In this document: one piece after another, positions 38,142 to 48,256 of the stretch
How positions within the stretch are numbered: position 1 is the first letter of the stretch
How the letters are laid out: each line of letters begins with the position of its first letter
Virus record (IMG/VR): IMGVR_UViG_3300028392_000034
Location: 1-64,000 of that record
Strand: one strand, 5' to 3'
DNA from: a virus
Length of the DNA: 64,000 nucleotides
The notes under the pieces: generated by a model
The model's database searches: none
Told to the model about the DNA's origin: nothing
What the model saw: only the letters and a program-made list of their open reading frames with translations
Program-made: the position numbers and the translations under genes

Positions 38142-39044
38142 ATGAAAAAACACTTATTCTCCAAACTCGAGTTCTATATAACCAACGTTTGTAATTTGAC
38201 CTGCGAAGGTTGTAATCGATTCAACAACTACTCATTTGCTGGTTGGCAACGATGGAGTGACTACGAAGCCGACTATGCCAAATGGGCCGAACATGTAGAT
38301 GTTGATCGGATTGTAATACTAGGTGGAGAACCCCTGCTTAATCCAGATATACTTGATTGGGTATATGGAATCAATCGTATCTTTAAGAGAAATGTGCAGA
38401 TTTTGTCAAACGGCACACGTCTAAACAATGTAAAAGGACTTTACGAAGCACTACAGGCCAATGGCAACTGGATGGGTATCAGCTGGCACAATCCCAACAC
38501 CATTGATGAGTTTGAAACAGAGGTTTACAAGTTCCTTAAAGGTAATATTACAAAAATAGAAAAAAATGATCCTCGCAACGAATATGGTGCCGACGTAGCA
38601 TGGGTAGATGAAAATAAAGTTGTTATTCCTTTGTGGATACAATATGATTTTTATGACAGTGCAATTGGTCGTGATGCTACTGGTCGATTTACACTACACA
38701 ATAGTAGACCCGAAGTAGCACACAACAGTTGTGGATTTAGGCGCCATAAAAATTATCATATGATCAAAGGTAAACTGTATAAATGTGGCCCAGCTGCATT
38801 ATTTCCAGAGTTTGATCAACAACACGGATTTGATATTTCGGACGCGGATCGAGCCGTATTAAATTCTTACCGGCCATTATCTCCTTATGAGTATGCAGAA
38901 CGCGGACAAGAGTTTTTGGACACGATTGATGAGCAATTGACCATGTGTAAATTCTGCCCAGAAAGTCTGGACTATAAAAATAGATTATTTGCAGTTACCA
39001 AAAATCAAGCTCGAAAACAATACACCCTAGAACCAGTCGTATAA
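38142..39044 (+). CDS. Radical SAM protein with a C-terminal Cys cluster
   Basis: CNLTCEGC, LGGEP, SNG; C-terminal SC...KLYKC...MCKFC. Start could be 38127. Confidence 0.85.
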   Translation: MKKHLFSKLEFYITNVCNLTCEGCNRFNNYSFAGWQRWSDYEADYAKWAEHVDVDRIVILGGEPLLNPDILDWVYGINRIFKRNVQILSNGTRLNNVKGLYEALQANGNWMGISWHNPNTIDEFETEVYKFLKGNITKIEKNDPRNEYGADVAWVDENKVVIPLWIQYDFYDSAIGRDATGRFTLHNSRPEVAHNSCGFRRHKNYHMIKGKLYKCGPAALFPEFDQQHGFDISDADRAVLNSYRPLSPYEYAERGQEFLDTIDEQLTMCKFCPESLDYKNRLFAVTKNQARKQYTLEPVV

Positions 39045-39058
39045 TCCGTTCAAAAAGG

Positions 39059-39087
39059 TTGTAAATACAACAGTTACATGTTATAAT
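39059..39087 (+). promoter_or_regulatory. Dual promoter upstream of iscU
   Basis: TTGTAA-17-TATAAT with extended -10; TAAATA at 39062-39067. Confidence 0.65.
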
Positions 39088-39105
39088 ATAAAACAGGAGA
39101 AGTAA

Positions 39106-39483
39106 ATGGCATATTCAGAAAAAGTAATTGATCACTACGAAAATCCACGTAATGTAGGGTCGTTTGACAAAAGTGACGACTCGATTGGAACCGGTATGGT
39201 TGGAGCTCCTGCATGTGGCGACGTCATGAAACTTCAAATCAAAGTAAATACTGAAGGAGTAATAACTGATGCCAAATTTAAAACGTACGGGTGCGGATCA
39301 GCAATCGCCAGCTCAAGTCTTGTCACCGAGTGGGTTAAAGGAAAAACGCTTGACCAAGCAGGAACGATTAAAAATTCGGATATTGCTGGAGAACTTGCCT
39401 TACCACCGGTTAAAATACATTGTAGCATACTTGCAGAAGATGCTATAAAAGCCGCAATCGAAGACTACCGTAAAAAACACTGA
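39106..39483 (+). CDS. iscU: Fe-S cluster scaffold IscU
   Basis: YSEKVIDHYENPRNVG, APACGD, GCGSAIASSS, LPPVKIHCS. Confidence 0.97.
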   Translation: MAYSEKVIDHYENPRNVGSFDKSDDSIGTGMVGAPACGDVMKLQIKVNTEGVITDAKFKTYGCGSAIASSSLVTEWVKGKTLDQAGTIKNSDIAGELALPPVKIHCSILAEDAIKAAIEDYRKKH

Positions 39484-39803
39484 TGATTTCAGTTACTGAC
39501 GTCGCCTCTAAAAAAATTGTATCTAACTTGACTCGACGTGGCCAAGGGGTAGGTATTCGACTTGGTGTTCGTACCACTGGTTGCTCAGGGCTTGCTTATG
39601 TATTAGAATATGTTGATACCATTAATGCAGAAGACATTGCAGTTGAACAAGATGGCTTTGTTGTAGTGATTGATCCTAAGAGTTCAGCATACTTAAATGG
39701 AGTCGAAGTAGACTATGTGCGCCAGGGTCTTAACGAAGGCTTTGAATTTAACAATCCTCTTGAACGAGACCGTTGTGGATGTGGAGAAAGTTTTAGGATT
39801 TGA
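39483..39803 (+). CDS. iscA: Fe-S assembly A-type carrier IscA
   Basis: GCSGLAY, C-terminal CGCGESF. Confidence 0.95.
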   Translation: MISVTDVASKKIVSNLTRRGQGVGIRLGVRTTGCSGLAYVLEYVDTINAEDIAVEQDGFVVVIDPKSSAYLNGVEVDYVRQGLNEGFEFNNPLERDRCGCGESFRI

Positions 39804-40246
39804 AAAGTAAATTTATCAAATATTTTATGGACATTGCTCAGCGCACTGCTGAACTTAGCCATGCTCGTCGATTACATGTTGGCGCTATTGTAGTAAAAAA
39901 TGATAGAATTATCAGTATCGGCTATAATGGCATGCCAGCAGATTGGGACAACAATTGTGAAGATGAAATTAAATGGCCCAATGGTGACATAAAATTTTTA
40001 ACAACCAAACCGGAGGTACTTCATGCTGAAACTAATGCAATCGCTAAGTTGGCAAGGTCGAATGAATCTGGCCTTGGCAGTGATATGTTTATTACTCATA
40101 GTCCTTGCTTGGATTGTGCCAAACTAATTTTTCAAAGTGGTATCAAGCGTGTTTTTTACAGAGAAAAATACAGGGATGATACTGGCACCCAGTTTCTTAA
40201 AAAATCAGGAATAGAAGTAAACCATGTTGACGATGAAAATGTATAA
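39800..40246 (+). CDS. dCMP deaminase
   Basis: VGAIVV, GYNG, HAETNAI, SPCLDC. Confidence 0.92.
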   Translation: MKSKFIKYFMDIAQRTAELSHARRLHVGAIVVKNDRIISIGYNGMPADWDNNCEDEIKWPNGDIKFLTTKPEVLHAETNAIAKLARSNESGLGSDMFITHSPCLDCAKLIFQSGIKRVFYREKYRDDTGTQFLKKSGIEVNHVDDENV

Positions 40247-40952
40247 CCCAAAATTTGATTACAAACCTCTGAGTCGTGTTACTGAAGATGGTCGACGTCT
40301 TTATGCTACACCAGATGGAAAACGATTGCCTAGTGTAACAACAGTTCTTGACCGGACTAAACCTGAAGAAAAAAAACAGGCGCTCAACGAATGGCGCAAA
40401 CGTGTTGGAGTAGAAAACGCACAAAAGATTACTACTGAAGCGGCTAACCGTGGCACACGTATGCACACCTACCTTGAAGACTATATCAAACAAGGTGAAT
40501 TAAAAGAACGTGGATCAAACCCATTTGGGTGGGCAAGTCACGCAATGGCACAGACTGTAATTGAAGACGGCCTTAAGAATGTCAACGAAATTTGGGGTGT
40601 AGAAATTCCCTTGTATTTTCCTAGTTTGTATGCCGGTACTACAGATGGCTGTGGGTTGCACTTAAACGAGGAAAGTATTTTAGATTACAAGCAAACAAAC
40701 AAACCCAAACGAGAAGAATGGATTGAGGATTACTATCTACAGTTAACAGCGTATGCCCTGGCACACAATGAAGTTTACGGAACTAATATACGCAAAGGTG
40801 TTGTGTTGATGTGTGTTAAACCCCCAGTAGACGATATGGGTAACCCACAGGCCCGCCCTGTTTACCAAGAATTTGTATTAAAACCTGAACGTTTTGACTA
40901 TTGGGCAGATCAATGGTGGCGCCGCTTAGAGCAGTATTACCTACTGGCCTAA
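40239..40952 (+). CDS. PD-(D/E)xK exonuclease
   Basis: PSVTTVL, RGTRMH, YAGTTD, LDYKQ, QLTAYA. Start may be 40224. Confidence 0.85.
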   Translation: MYNPKFDYKPLSRVTEDGRRLYATPDGKRLPSVTTVLDRTKPEEKKQALNEWRKRVGVENAQKITTEAANRGTRMHTYLEDYIKQGELKERGSNPFGWASHAMAQTVIEDGLKNVNEIWGVEIPLYFPSLYAGTTDGCGLHLNEESILDYKQTNKPKREEWIEDYYLQLTAYALAHNEVYGTNIRKGVVLMCVKPPVDDMGNPQARPVYQEFVLKPERFDYWADQWWRRLEQYYLLA

Positions 40953-40989
40953 CCAGCTAAATACTGAATAGAATTCAAGGAAGACTAAA

Positions 40990-42567
40990 TTGGCCATTGT
41001 TCAAATATCCCAAATTACAAACCGTAAAGGTTTAGCAGAAAATCTACCACAACTAGCCGGCGCAGAGTTTGGCTGGAGTACCGACACACGTCAACTCTGG
41101 ATTGGCAATGGCACCTTGGAAGATGGTGCACCAGTCATTGGCAACACTGAAATCTTAACGGAATTCAGTGATATTTTGAATTTTTCTACAACCTACACTT
41201 ACAAAGGACTGGCCGCTGGTTACACAGTGCAAACTGGCCCTACTTCGGGTACGCCAATTGATCTAAGTTTACAAAGTTGGCTTGATCAGTTTGCTTCAGT
41301 ATTAGATTTTGGTGCAGTAGGTGACGGCTCAACAGACTGCACAGCAGCAATCAATCGTGCGTTGTATCAATTGTATTGTAGAGAAGTTAACCCACAAATA
41401 CGTCGTAGTTTATTTTTCCCAGCCGGAGTATACAAAGTAACTGGCACGATCAACATTCCTCCCTATGCTACCTTGTATGGTGAAGGCCTAGATAATTCTG
41501 TAATTTCATTAGATTCAGGAGCAGCCTATGTGGCACAAACGGCTGACAGCTTGCAACAGACAGGAGTCAACATTGGATCTGGTGGAGCAACACCACCACA
41601 AAATATCACTATCACCAATCTTGGATTTCAAACGGTTGATACTGCAGCCAGCGTATTTTTAGTTGGCCAAGCCACTAATTGTCGTTTTAATAATGTAGGA
41701 TTTTATGGCCCAAATCAATCTGCACCAACTACAGACACTGCTGCTACTATTGCAGTAGATTTTAATACAACTGCTTCTTATTCATGCGAAAACATAATTT
41801 TTGATGGATGTGTATTAAGTGGAACAGTTTATGGAATCAACACCAATGAAGAAGTCAGTGGTGTTGCTATTTCAAATTCTGAATTTAATACATTATATCA
41901 AGGTGTGTTATTAGGAACTTTAGCACCTACACTGGTTTCGCCAACTGGTATTCGTATTACTAGTAATTTGTTTGATAACATTTATGCTGAAGGAATTATA
42001 TTTGGTGAGTACTCTAATTCAAATGCCTCTGGACATAATATTTTTTATAATGTAGGAAATCACGCACCCGACACTACTCCGTTTACTTCTATTATTGTTC
42101 TTAATAACAGTAATAACATTAGTATCAGCGATTTATTTTCTCGCAGTGACGCAGATGCTGTAACTTATCCTAGAGTGTATGCTGACATAGCCACCAACTT
42201 TGTTGCTACCACAAACGGTTCACAGATTGTATTGGCCACTGGAACTTATATAAGACAAAGTGGATCTCAAACTGAAATATCCAACGATGATACCAATACA
42301 GTTACTACGGTATCTACAGATCAAACTAGTGCGTTTGCAGTCAACTATACCATTGCAAGAGGCACTACACACCGCACAGGAACCATATTGATATCATCGG
42401 TTAACGGAACCGGTAATCCTGTTTGGTCTGATGACTTTGTGCAAAACGCAGACACCGGAGTTACATTGTCAGTTACTCAAGTTAACACTACAATAACAAT
42501 AACATACTCCGCTGAAAATACCTTGGGTAACGGAACAATTAACTATTCTATCAACTACCTAGCCTGA
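40990..42567 (+). CDS. Tail/baseplate protein with a beta-helix (pectate-lyase-like) domain
   Basis: LPQLAGAEFGWSTDTRQLWIGNG N-terminus; DFGAVGDG.TDCTAAI..A; FFPAGVY; Asn/Thr-rich beta-helix. Confidence 0.75.
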   Translation: MAIVQISQITNRKGLAENLPQLAGAEFGWSTDTRQLWIGNGTLEDGAPVIGNTEILTEFSDILNFSTTYTYKGLAAGYTVQTGPTSGTPIDLSLQSWLDQFASVLDFGAVGDGSTDCTAAINRALYQLYCREVNPQIRRSLFFPAGVYKVTGTINIPPYATLYGEGLDNSVISLDSGAAYVAQTADSLQQTGVNIGSGGATPPQNITITNLGFQTVDTAASVFLVGQATNCRFNNVGFYGPNQSAPTTDTAATIAVDFNTTASYSCENIIFDGCVLSGTVYGINTNEEVSGVAISNSEFNTLYQGVLLGTLAPTLVSPTGIRITSNLFDNIYAEGIIFGEYSNSNASGHNIFYNVGNHAPDTTPFTSIIVLNNSNNISISDLFSRSDADAVTYPRVYADIATNFVATTNGSQIVLATGTYIRQSGSQTEISNDDTNTVTTVSTDQTSAFAVNYTIARGTTHRTGTILISSVNGTGNPVWSDDFVQNADTGVTLSVTQVNTTITITYSAENTLGNGTINYSINYLA

Positions 42568-42568
42568 T

Positions 42569-42985
42569 TTGATGTGGCCTGTAACATTTGATAATAGGCT
42601 ACAAGCCTGGGTAGAACTTCGCAGTCGTTGCCAAACTCTTAATTTAGAATCCGCATTAACTGCCGTTAATCAATGGTGGTTCAATTCCCCTTGGCAACCT
42701 TACTATTTACATTGGGACGACCAAACAGATTGGCCCGATCCTTGGCAACTTCTGAGCGACAATGTCTATTGTGATCTTGCTCGCGGGCTAGGAATCATGT
42801 ATACTATAAGTCTACTGGAACGTGCGGATATGGCGGATGCAGAGCTGGTTTTAGCTGAAGATGGCACTAATTTAGTCCTAGTAGCAAAAGAAAAATATAT
42901 ACTTAATTGGAACCGAGATTCAATCGTAAATAACGAATCCAAAGTTAATATCATTCAACGGTTTAGAAAAACCCAAGTTACGTAG
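42569..42985 (+). CDS. Hypothetical protein, possibly transglutaminase-like cysteine protease fold
   Basis: WPDPWQLLSDNVYCDLARGLGIMYT resembles the BTLCP W.TP.E.L....GDC motif. Confidence 0.45.
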   Translation: MMWPVTFDNRLQAWVELRSRCQTLNLESALTAVNQWWFNSPWQPYYLHWDDQTDWPDPWQLLSDNVYCDLARGLGIMYTISLLERADMADAELVLAEDGTNLVLVAKEKYILNWNRDSIVNNESKVNIIQRFRKTQVT

Positions 42986-43017
42986 TAAAATTTAAAATTA
43001 GAACAAGAAAGTAAAAG

Positions 43018-45333
43018 ATGCAGATAAGTGTAGTTAAAAGAAGCGGACTAAAAGAGCCACTGCAAATTGATAAATGGCAGGCCCAAGTTGCTAAAGTCTG
43101 CCAAGGAATTGCTGATGTAAGTCAGAGCATGATAGAAATCAAAGCACAATTGCATTTTTATGATGGAATCACCACACAAGAAATTGATGGCATTACGCTA
43201 CGAGCCATTGTAGATTTAATTGACGTTGAAAGTAATCCTGATATTGGTCACACAAATTATCAATTTGTTGCTGGCAAACAAAGATTGAGTATGTTACGAA
43301 AAGATGTATATGGAACATACGAAGTCCCTCATCTATTAGACATTGTAAAAAAGAATGTAGCAACTGGTCTATATACCAACGAACTTCTTGAGTGGTATAC
43401 TGAAGAAGAATGGAATCGTATGAATGACATGTTGGACCATAGCAAGGATGAACAGTATTCGTATGCCGCAATTGAACAATTGATTGAAAAATACCTTGTG
43501 CGTAATCGTGCTACTAAAGAAATTTACGAAACTCCACAAATTCGTTATATGATTGCAGCCGCTACAGTGTTTCACAAGGAAGAACCTAACAGCGCAAGGA
43601 TGCGTTACATAAAGGAATACTACAATGCCGCAAGTGATGGATTATTTACCCTTGCTACTCCCGTCCTTGCTGGTCTCGGTACCCCTACTAAGCAATTCAG
43701 TTCGTGCGTTCTCATTCGCAGTGATGATGACCTGGATAGTATTTTTGCTAGTGGTGAGATGATGGCCAAGTATGCGGCTAAACGAGCCGGCATTGGTCTT
43801 GAAATTGGTCGATTACGGCCTTTGGGCGCACCTATCCGTGGTGGAGAAGTAATGCACACCGGTATGGTACCATTCTTAAAGAAATGGTTTGGTGATCTGC
43901 GTAGTTGCAGTCAAGGAGGTATTCGTAATGCAAGTGCTACAGTTTTTTATCCTATTTGGCATTATCAGTTTGATGATCTTATTGTGCTTAAGAACAACCA
44001 AGGAACAGACGAAACCCGAGTCCGTCATATGGATTATGGGGTTGTGCTTAGTGCTCTCTTCTGGAGACGATTTAAAAATAAAGAAAACATAACATTCTTT
44101 GATCCTAATGAAGTTCCGGACTTGTACGAAGCATTTTATAAAAACACAGAACGATTTGAACAGCTCTATGTCAAGTACGAAAAACGTAAAGATCTACGCA
44201 CCAAGACTATGGCCGCAGAAGATGTATTCAAAGGCGGCATATTAAAAGAGAGAACAGACACCGGTCGTATCTACCTGGTGTTCATAGATAATGTTCAGAA
44301 TCAAGGTTCGTTTGATACTGAATATCATACCATTTACCAAAGTAATCTTTGCTGTGAAATCCTATTACCTACTAAGTCTTTTAAACGTCTTGATGACAGC
44401 GATGGTCGCATTGCTTTATGCACCCTGGGTAGTATCAACTGGGGGGCCTTCAGGAATCCAGAAGACATGCGTCGTGCTTGTCGCATACTTCAGCGTAGCC
44501 TGTGCAACATTCTTGACTACCAAGACTTTCTCTCTATTCAGAGTCAACTTTCAAACGACGAGATTCAGCCATTGGGTATTGGAATCACTAATCTGGCCTA
44601 CTGGCATGCCAAGAGAGGCATGCAGTACGGAGAAAAAGACGCCTTGCATGAAGTCAAGACATGGATGGAACACCAGGCCTACTACCTGACAGAAGCCACT
44701 GTGGAGCTGGCCAAGGAACGTGGCCGTTGCAAAGATTCAGATCACACCTGGTATGGCAAAGGTGTATTTCCATGGGAACGTCGTGCCAAAGGAGTCAATG
44801 AACTAACAGACTTTGCTCCTGAACTAAACTGGGAAAGCCTACGTGCAGAAATGCGAGCGTATGGTGTGCGTAATGCTACTCTAATGGCAGTGGCACCGGT
44901 TGAATCTAGCAGTGTTGTTATTAACAGCACCAATGGTATTGAAATGCCTATGAGCCTTATTACTGTTAAAGAAAGCAAGGCCGGCAGTTTAATTCAAGTG
45001 GCACCGGAATACAATAAATTGAAAAACAAATATCAACTAATGTGGGCACAAAAAGATTGTGATGGCTATTTAAAAACCGCGGCTGTGTTGGCCGCCTATG
45101 TAGATCAAAGTATCAGTACCAACACATTCTACAATCCGGCACACTTTGCTGACCGTAAAGTGCCAACCACATTGATTGCTCAAAACTTAATGTTAGCCCA
45201 CCGTTGGGGACTAAAAACATTCTACTATAGTTTGATCAACAAACAAGGTAGCAAAGGCCAAGACGAACCCACAGCAGCATTGGAAGTAATAGACTTTGAC
45301 GATCAAGAAGATTGTGAAGCATGTAAACTTTAA
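43018..45333 (+). CDS. nrdA: Ribonucleotide reductase class Ia alpha subunit
   Basis: ATP cone VVKRSG, FSSC, SNLCCEI, APVESSS, LKTFYY, C-terminal CEAC. Confidence 0.97.
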   Translation: MQISVVKRSGLKEPLQIDKWQAQVAKVCQGIADVSQSMIEIKAQLHFYDGITTQEIDGITLRAIVDLIDVESNPDIGHTNYQFVAGKQRLSMLRKDVYGTYEVPHLLDIVKKNVATGLYTNELLEWYTEEEWNRMNDMLDHSKDEQYSYAAIEQLIEKYLVRNRATKEIYETPQIRYMIAAATVFHKEEPNSARMRYIKEYYNAASDGLFTLATPVLAGLGTPTKQFSSCVLIRSDDDLDSIFASGEMMAKYAAKRAGIGLEIGRLRPLGAPIRGGEVMHTGMVPFLKKWFGDLRSCSQGGIRNASATVFYPIWHYQFDDLIVLKNNQGTDETRVRHMDYGVVLSALFWRRFKNKENITFFDPNEVPDLYEAFYKNTERFEQLYVKYEKRKDLRTKTMAAEDVFKGGILKERTDTGRIYLVFIDNVQNQGSFDTEYHTIYQSNLCCEILLPTKSFKRLDDSDGRIALCTLGSINWGAFRNPEDMRRACRILQRSLCNILDYQDFLSIQSQLSNDEIQPLGIGITNLAYWHAKRGMQYGEKDALHEVKTWMEHQAYYLTEATVELAKERGRCKDSDHTWYGKGVFPWERRAKGVNELTDFAPELNWESLRAEMRAYGVRNATLMAVAPVESSSVVINSTNGIEMPMSLITVKESKAGSLIQVAPEYNKLKNKYQLMWAQKDCDGYLKTAAVLAAYVDQSISTNTFYNPAHFADRKVPTTLIAQNLMLAHRWGLKTFYYSLINKQGSKGQDEPTAALEVIDFDDQEDCEACKL

Positions 45334-45341
45334 GAGAAAAA

Positions 45342-46442
45342 ATGTCAAAAGAACAATACAATTTAAAAACAAAAACAGATTACCTACATCGCAAGATGTT
45401 TCTGGATCCAGCGGGTCCTGTGACCATACAGAGATTTGAGGAAGTCAAATATTCAAAACTAACTAAATTTGAAGCAGAGGCCAGAGGATTCTTTTGGGTA
45501 CCAGAAGAGATCAGTCTGACCAAAGATGCCAACGACTTCAAAGAAGCTAGTGACACAGTGCGTCATATCTTTACCAGTAACCTGTTGCGTCAAACTGCCT
45601 TGGACAGTTTGCAAGGTCGTGGCCCTACACAGGTGTTTACACCGGTATGTAGTATTCCTGAACTAGAAGCACTGATGTTTAATTGGGGTTTCTTTGAAAC
45701 CAACATTCACAGTCGTAGTTATAGCCACATCATTCGCAACATCTACAACATACCTAAGGATGTGTTCAACACAATTCACGACACACAAGAGATTGTGGAT
45801 ATGGCGTCAAGCGTGGGCAAGTATTATGATGCCTTGCATACAATCAACTGTTACAAAGAAACAGGCACTGATGTCGCTGAAAGTCATCACATCAAACATA
45901 TCTGGCTAGCACTCAATGCCAGCTATGCTCTGGAAGCATTCCGCTTTATGGTAAGTTTTGCCACAAGCCTGGCCATGGTTGAGAATCGCATCTTCATTGG
46001 CAACGGCAATATCATCAGCTTGATCCTACAAGACGAAATTTTACACAAAGACTGGACAGCCTGGATTATCAATCAAGTGGTCAAAGAAGATCCACGATTT
46101 GCACAGGCCAAACGAGACTGCGAGGCGGAAGTATATCAGCTGTATTTAGATGTTATTCGTGAAGAGAAACAATGGGCAGACTACTTGTTTAACAAAGGCC
46201 CAGTTATTGGACTTAACGCTAACATTCTTAAGGACTTTGTTGATTACACGGCCGTAGGCGCACTCAAAGAAGTAGGGATCAAGTATCAAACTCCTGCTCC
46301 TAAGACCACACCTATTCCGTGGTTTAATAAACATGTAAATACCAGTAATAAACAAACTGCATTACAAGAATCAGAATCGACTAATTATGTTATTGGAGTC
46401 ATGAGTGATGTTCTTGACTACGATGCATTACCCAATCTATAA
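45342..46442 (+). CDS. nrdB: Ribonucleotide reductase beta subunit
   Basis: FFWVPEE, ETNIHSRSY, LEAFRFMVSF, DEILH, QESESTNY. Confidence 0.96.
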   Translation: MSKEQYNLKTKTDYLHRKMFLDPAGPVTIQRFEEVKYSKLTKFEAEARGFFWVPEEISLTKDANDFKEASDTVRHIFTSNLLRQTALDSLQGRGPTQVFTPVCSIPELEALMFNWGFFETNIHSRSYSHIIRNIYNIPKDVFNTIHDTQEIVDMASSVGKYYDALHTINCYKETGTDVAESHHIKHIWLALNASYALEAFRFMVSFATSLAMVENRIFIGNGNIISLILQDEILHKDWTAWIINQVVKEDPRFAQAKRDCEAEVYQLYLDVIREEKQWADYLFNKGPVIGLNANILKDFVDYTAVGALKEVGIKYQTPAPKTTPIPWFNKHVNTSNKQTALQESESTNYVIGVMSDVLDYDALPNL

Positions 46443-46458
46443 TATCAAGGAGTATAAA

Positions 46459-46683
46459 ATGAAAGCAACAGTATGGAGCAAGTATCACTGCCCTTATTGC
46501 GACCAAGCAAAGGCATTGTTAAAACAAAAAGGTATTGAATTTGAAGAGAAAAAAATTGGTGACGGATATACTAGAGAAGATTTGTTAGAAGCAATTCCTG
46601 ATGCTAGAACTGTGCCACAGATTTTTTTAGACGATAAATTAATAGGCGGGTTTACAGAACTACGAGCACATTTACAAGGATAA
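46459..46683 (+). CDS. Glutaredoxin
   Basis: CPYC, TVPQIF, IGGF; AAGGAG SD. Confidence 0.93.
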   Translation: MKATVWSKYHCPYCDQAKALLKQKGIEFEEKKIGDGYTREDLLEAIPDARTVPQIFLDDKLIGGFTELRAHLQG

Positions 46684-46684
46684 C

Positions 46685-46987
46685 ATGATAGTAGAAAAAG
46701 ACAAAGTTTACACATTTAAATTGACCAATGCTGACGAACTGGTTGGAAAAATTGTTGATATTACCGACAATGCCTACGTTGTTTCACAGCCACTCAGTGC
46801 TGTGCCCACAGAAAAAGGCATACAATTGATTTTTACAGTATTTACTGGCAATCCCAAGGAAAATGCGACTATAAATAAAACAGCAGTAGCAATGATCTGT
46901 CAAACTCGTGAAGAAGTTTGTGATCATTACTTGGAGGCCACCACTGGTATCAAAGCCGTGCGTAAGCCATCAATTATAATGGGGTAA
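46685..46987 (+). CDS. Hypothetical protein (Sm-like beta barrel)
   Basis: FKLTNADELVGK pattern; SD present. Confidence 0.65.
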   Translation: MIVEKDKVYTFKLTNADELVGKIVDITDNAYVVSQPLSAVPTEKGIQLIFTVFTGNPKENATINKTAVAMICQTREEVCDHYLEATTGIKAVRKPSIIMG

Positions 46988-46991
46988 TACG

Positions 46992-47285
46992 ATGCCAGGC
47001 GTTCAACGTGTAGGAGATTTTAATTCCGGTGGCGGTATTGCCATTGGTCCAGGTCATAACAACGTGTTGATCAACGGCCGCCCGGCACTGATACCTATGA
47101 CTCCGTTTACACCACATCCTTTTTGCAGTCCTAAAGCTCCGCTGTGTTGCATCGGAGTGGTTGCTATAACCGGCACATCAAAGTCGGTATTTGCCAATGG
47201 TCAACCGTTGGTATTGGATGGTGGCAAAGACAGTTGTCTTAAACACGCTCGCGCTGGTGGCAGTCCCAACGTCAAGGCACGATAA
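46992..47285 (+). CDS. PAAR-like baseplate spike protein
   Basis: QRVGD, VLINGRPA, SVFANG, DSC.H...GGSPNV; TATAAATA at 46870. Confidence 0.85.
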   Translation: MPGVQRVGDFNSGGGIAIGPGHNNVLINGRPALIPMTPFTPHPFCSPKAPLCCIGVVAITGTSKSVFANGQPLVLDGGKDSCLKHARAGGSPNVKAR

Positions 47286-48256
47286 TGACCACTGGCACAT
47301 TAAGCAGTGTAAACCTTATTGCTGGTGCCGGTATCCTGGGAAATGTTGGCGGATATCCCATTGATGCCAATGCTGATCTTACAAATGCAATCTCAAGCTA
47401 TACATCAACCAGCGTGGTTGCAAGATTTTTAGCCATTGCATCGTCTGGATATGTCAATCAAAATATTGTGGCCAATACATTTCCAGCATTGACTGATGCT
47501 GTTCCTACAGCATATCAAAGTAACCTAGGAAACGCTACCTTGACCTCGACTGTAGTTGCGGCCAATAACCAAATACTGGGCGACAATGACATAGGAAAAT
47601 TTGAACAGGTATTTTCTTCAGCACAGGCGTTTGTTAGCCAAACCAATCAATTGATCAAGACCACACTGAATGCCGACTCATCGACTAACACCACTGGATA
47701 TACTTCGCAAGATAATTTAGCCACTGGCGGAATCAGTTCAATCAGCCAGGCCTTCTCTGCATTTGGTGCAGACTTAGCGCAATTAGGATTTTTAATTGAT
47801 CTAACCAATCTAAACAATTTAGGAAATCCAGCGGCAGTGCTACAGCAATTGGCCAAAGTGGCCAGCACAACTCCGGCATTGAACACAGCCCTGTTAAATG
47901 TTGGCATACCTGAGTCAGCAGCGGTTGATCCTCAGTCGGTGACTTTTACCGCCCAGCAACAACGTCTTATCTACATAGCAATGACACAGATCACCGGTAC
48001 TGACCTGCAACAAATTTTAAGTTTGTTGCGTGTGACCACTGCTGGTTTGACCACCATGGCTGATCTATTGAATCCTGTAAAAACTTTTCCAAGAAGTTAC
48101 AACACTCTGACCGCTCCTACTGCCAATGGTCTACGTGGTATCTATATCAACAGCTCTGGCGCAGTCAATAGTCGATTGGAAACTGAGTTACCAACCAATG
48201 TGCTTGTACCTCTAACTGGTAATCCGATACAGAACATGTCAACTCAACTAACATGA
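47285..48256 (+). CDS. Putative virion structural protein
   Basis: T/S/N/A-rich, coupled to PAAR. Confidence 0.6.
   Translation: MTTGTLSSVNLIAGAGILGNVGGYPIDANADLTNAISSYTSTSVVARFLAIASSGYVNQNIVANTFPALTDAVPTAYQSNLGNATLTSTVVAANNQILGDNDIGKFEQVFSSAQAFVSQTNQLIKTTLNADSSTNTTGYTSQDNLATGGISSISQAFSAFGADLAQLGFLIDLTNLNNLGNPAAVLQQLAKVASTTPALNTALLNVGIPESAAVDPQSVTFTAQQQRLIYIAMTQITGTDLQQILSLLRVTTAGLTTMADLLNPVKTFPRSYNTLTAPTANGLRGIYINSSGAVNSRLETELPTNVLVPLTGNPIQNMSTQLT

Noticed and set aside
40239-40952. Cas4 indicating a CRISPR system
   Set aside because: It lacks the four-Cys Fe-S pattern and any array; it is an ordinary phage PD-(D/E)xK exonuclease.
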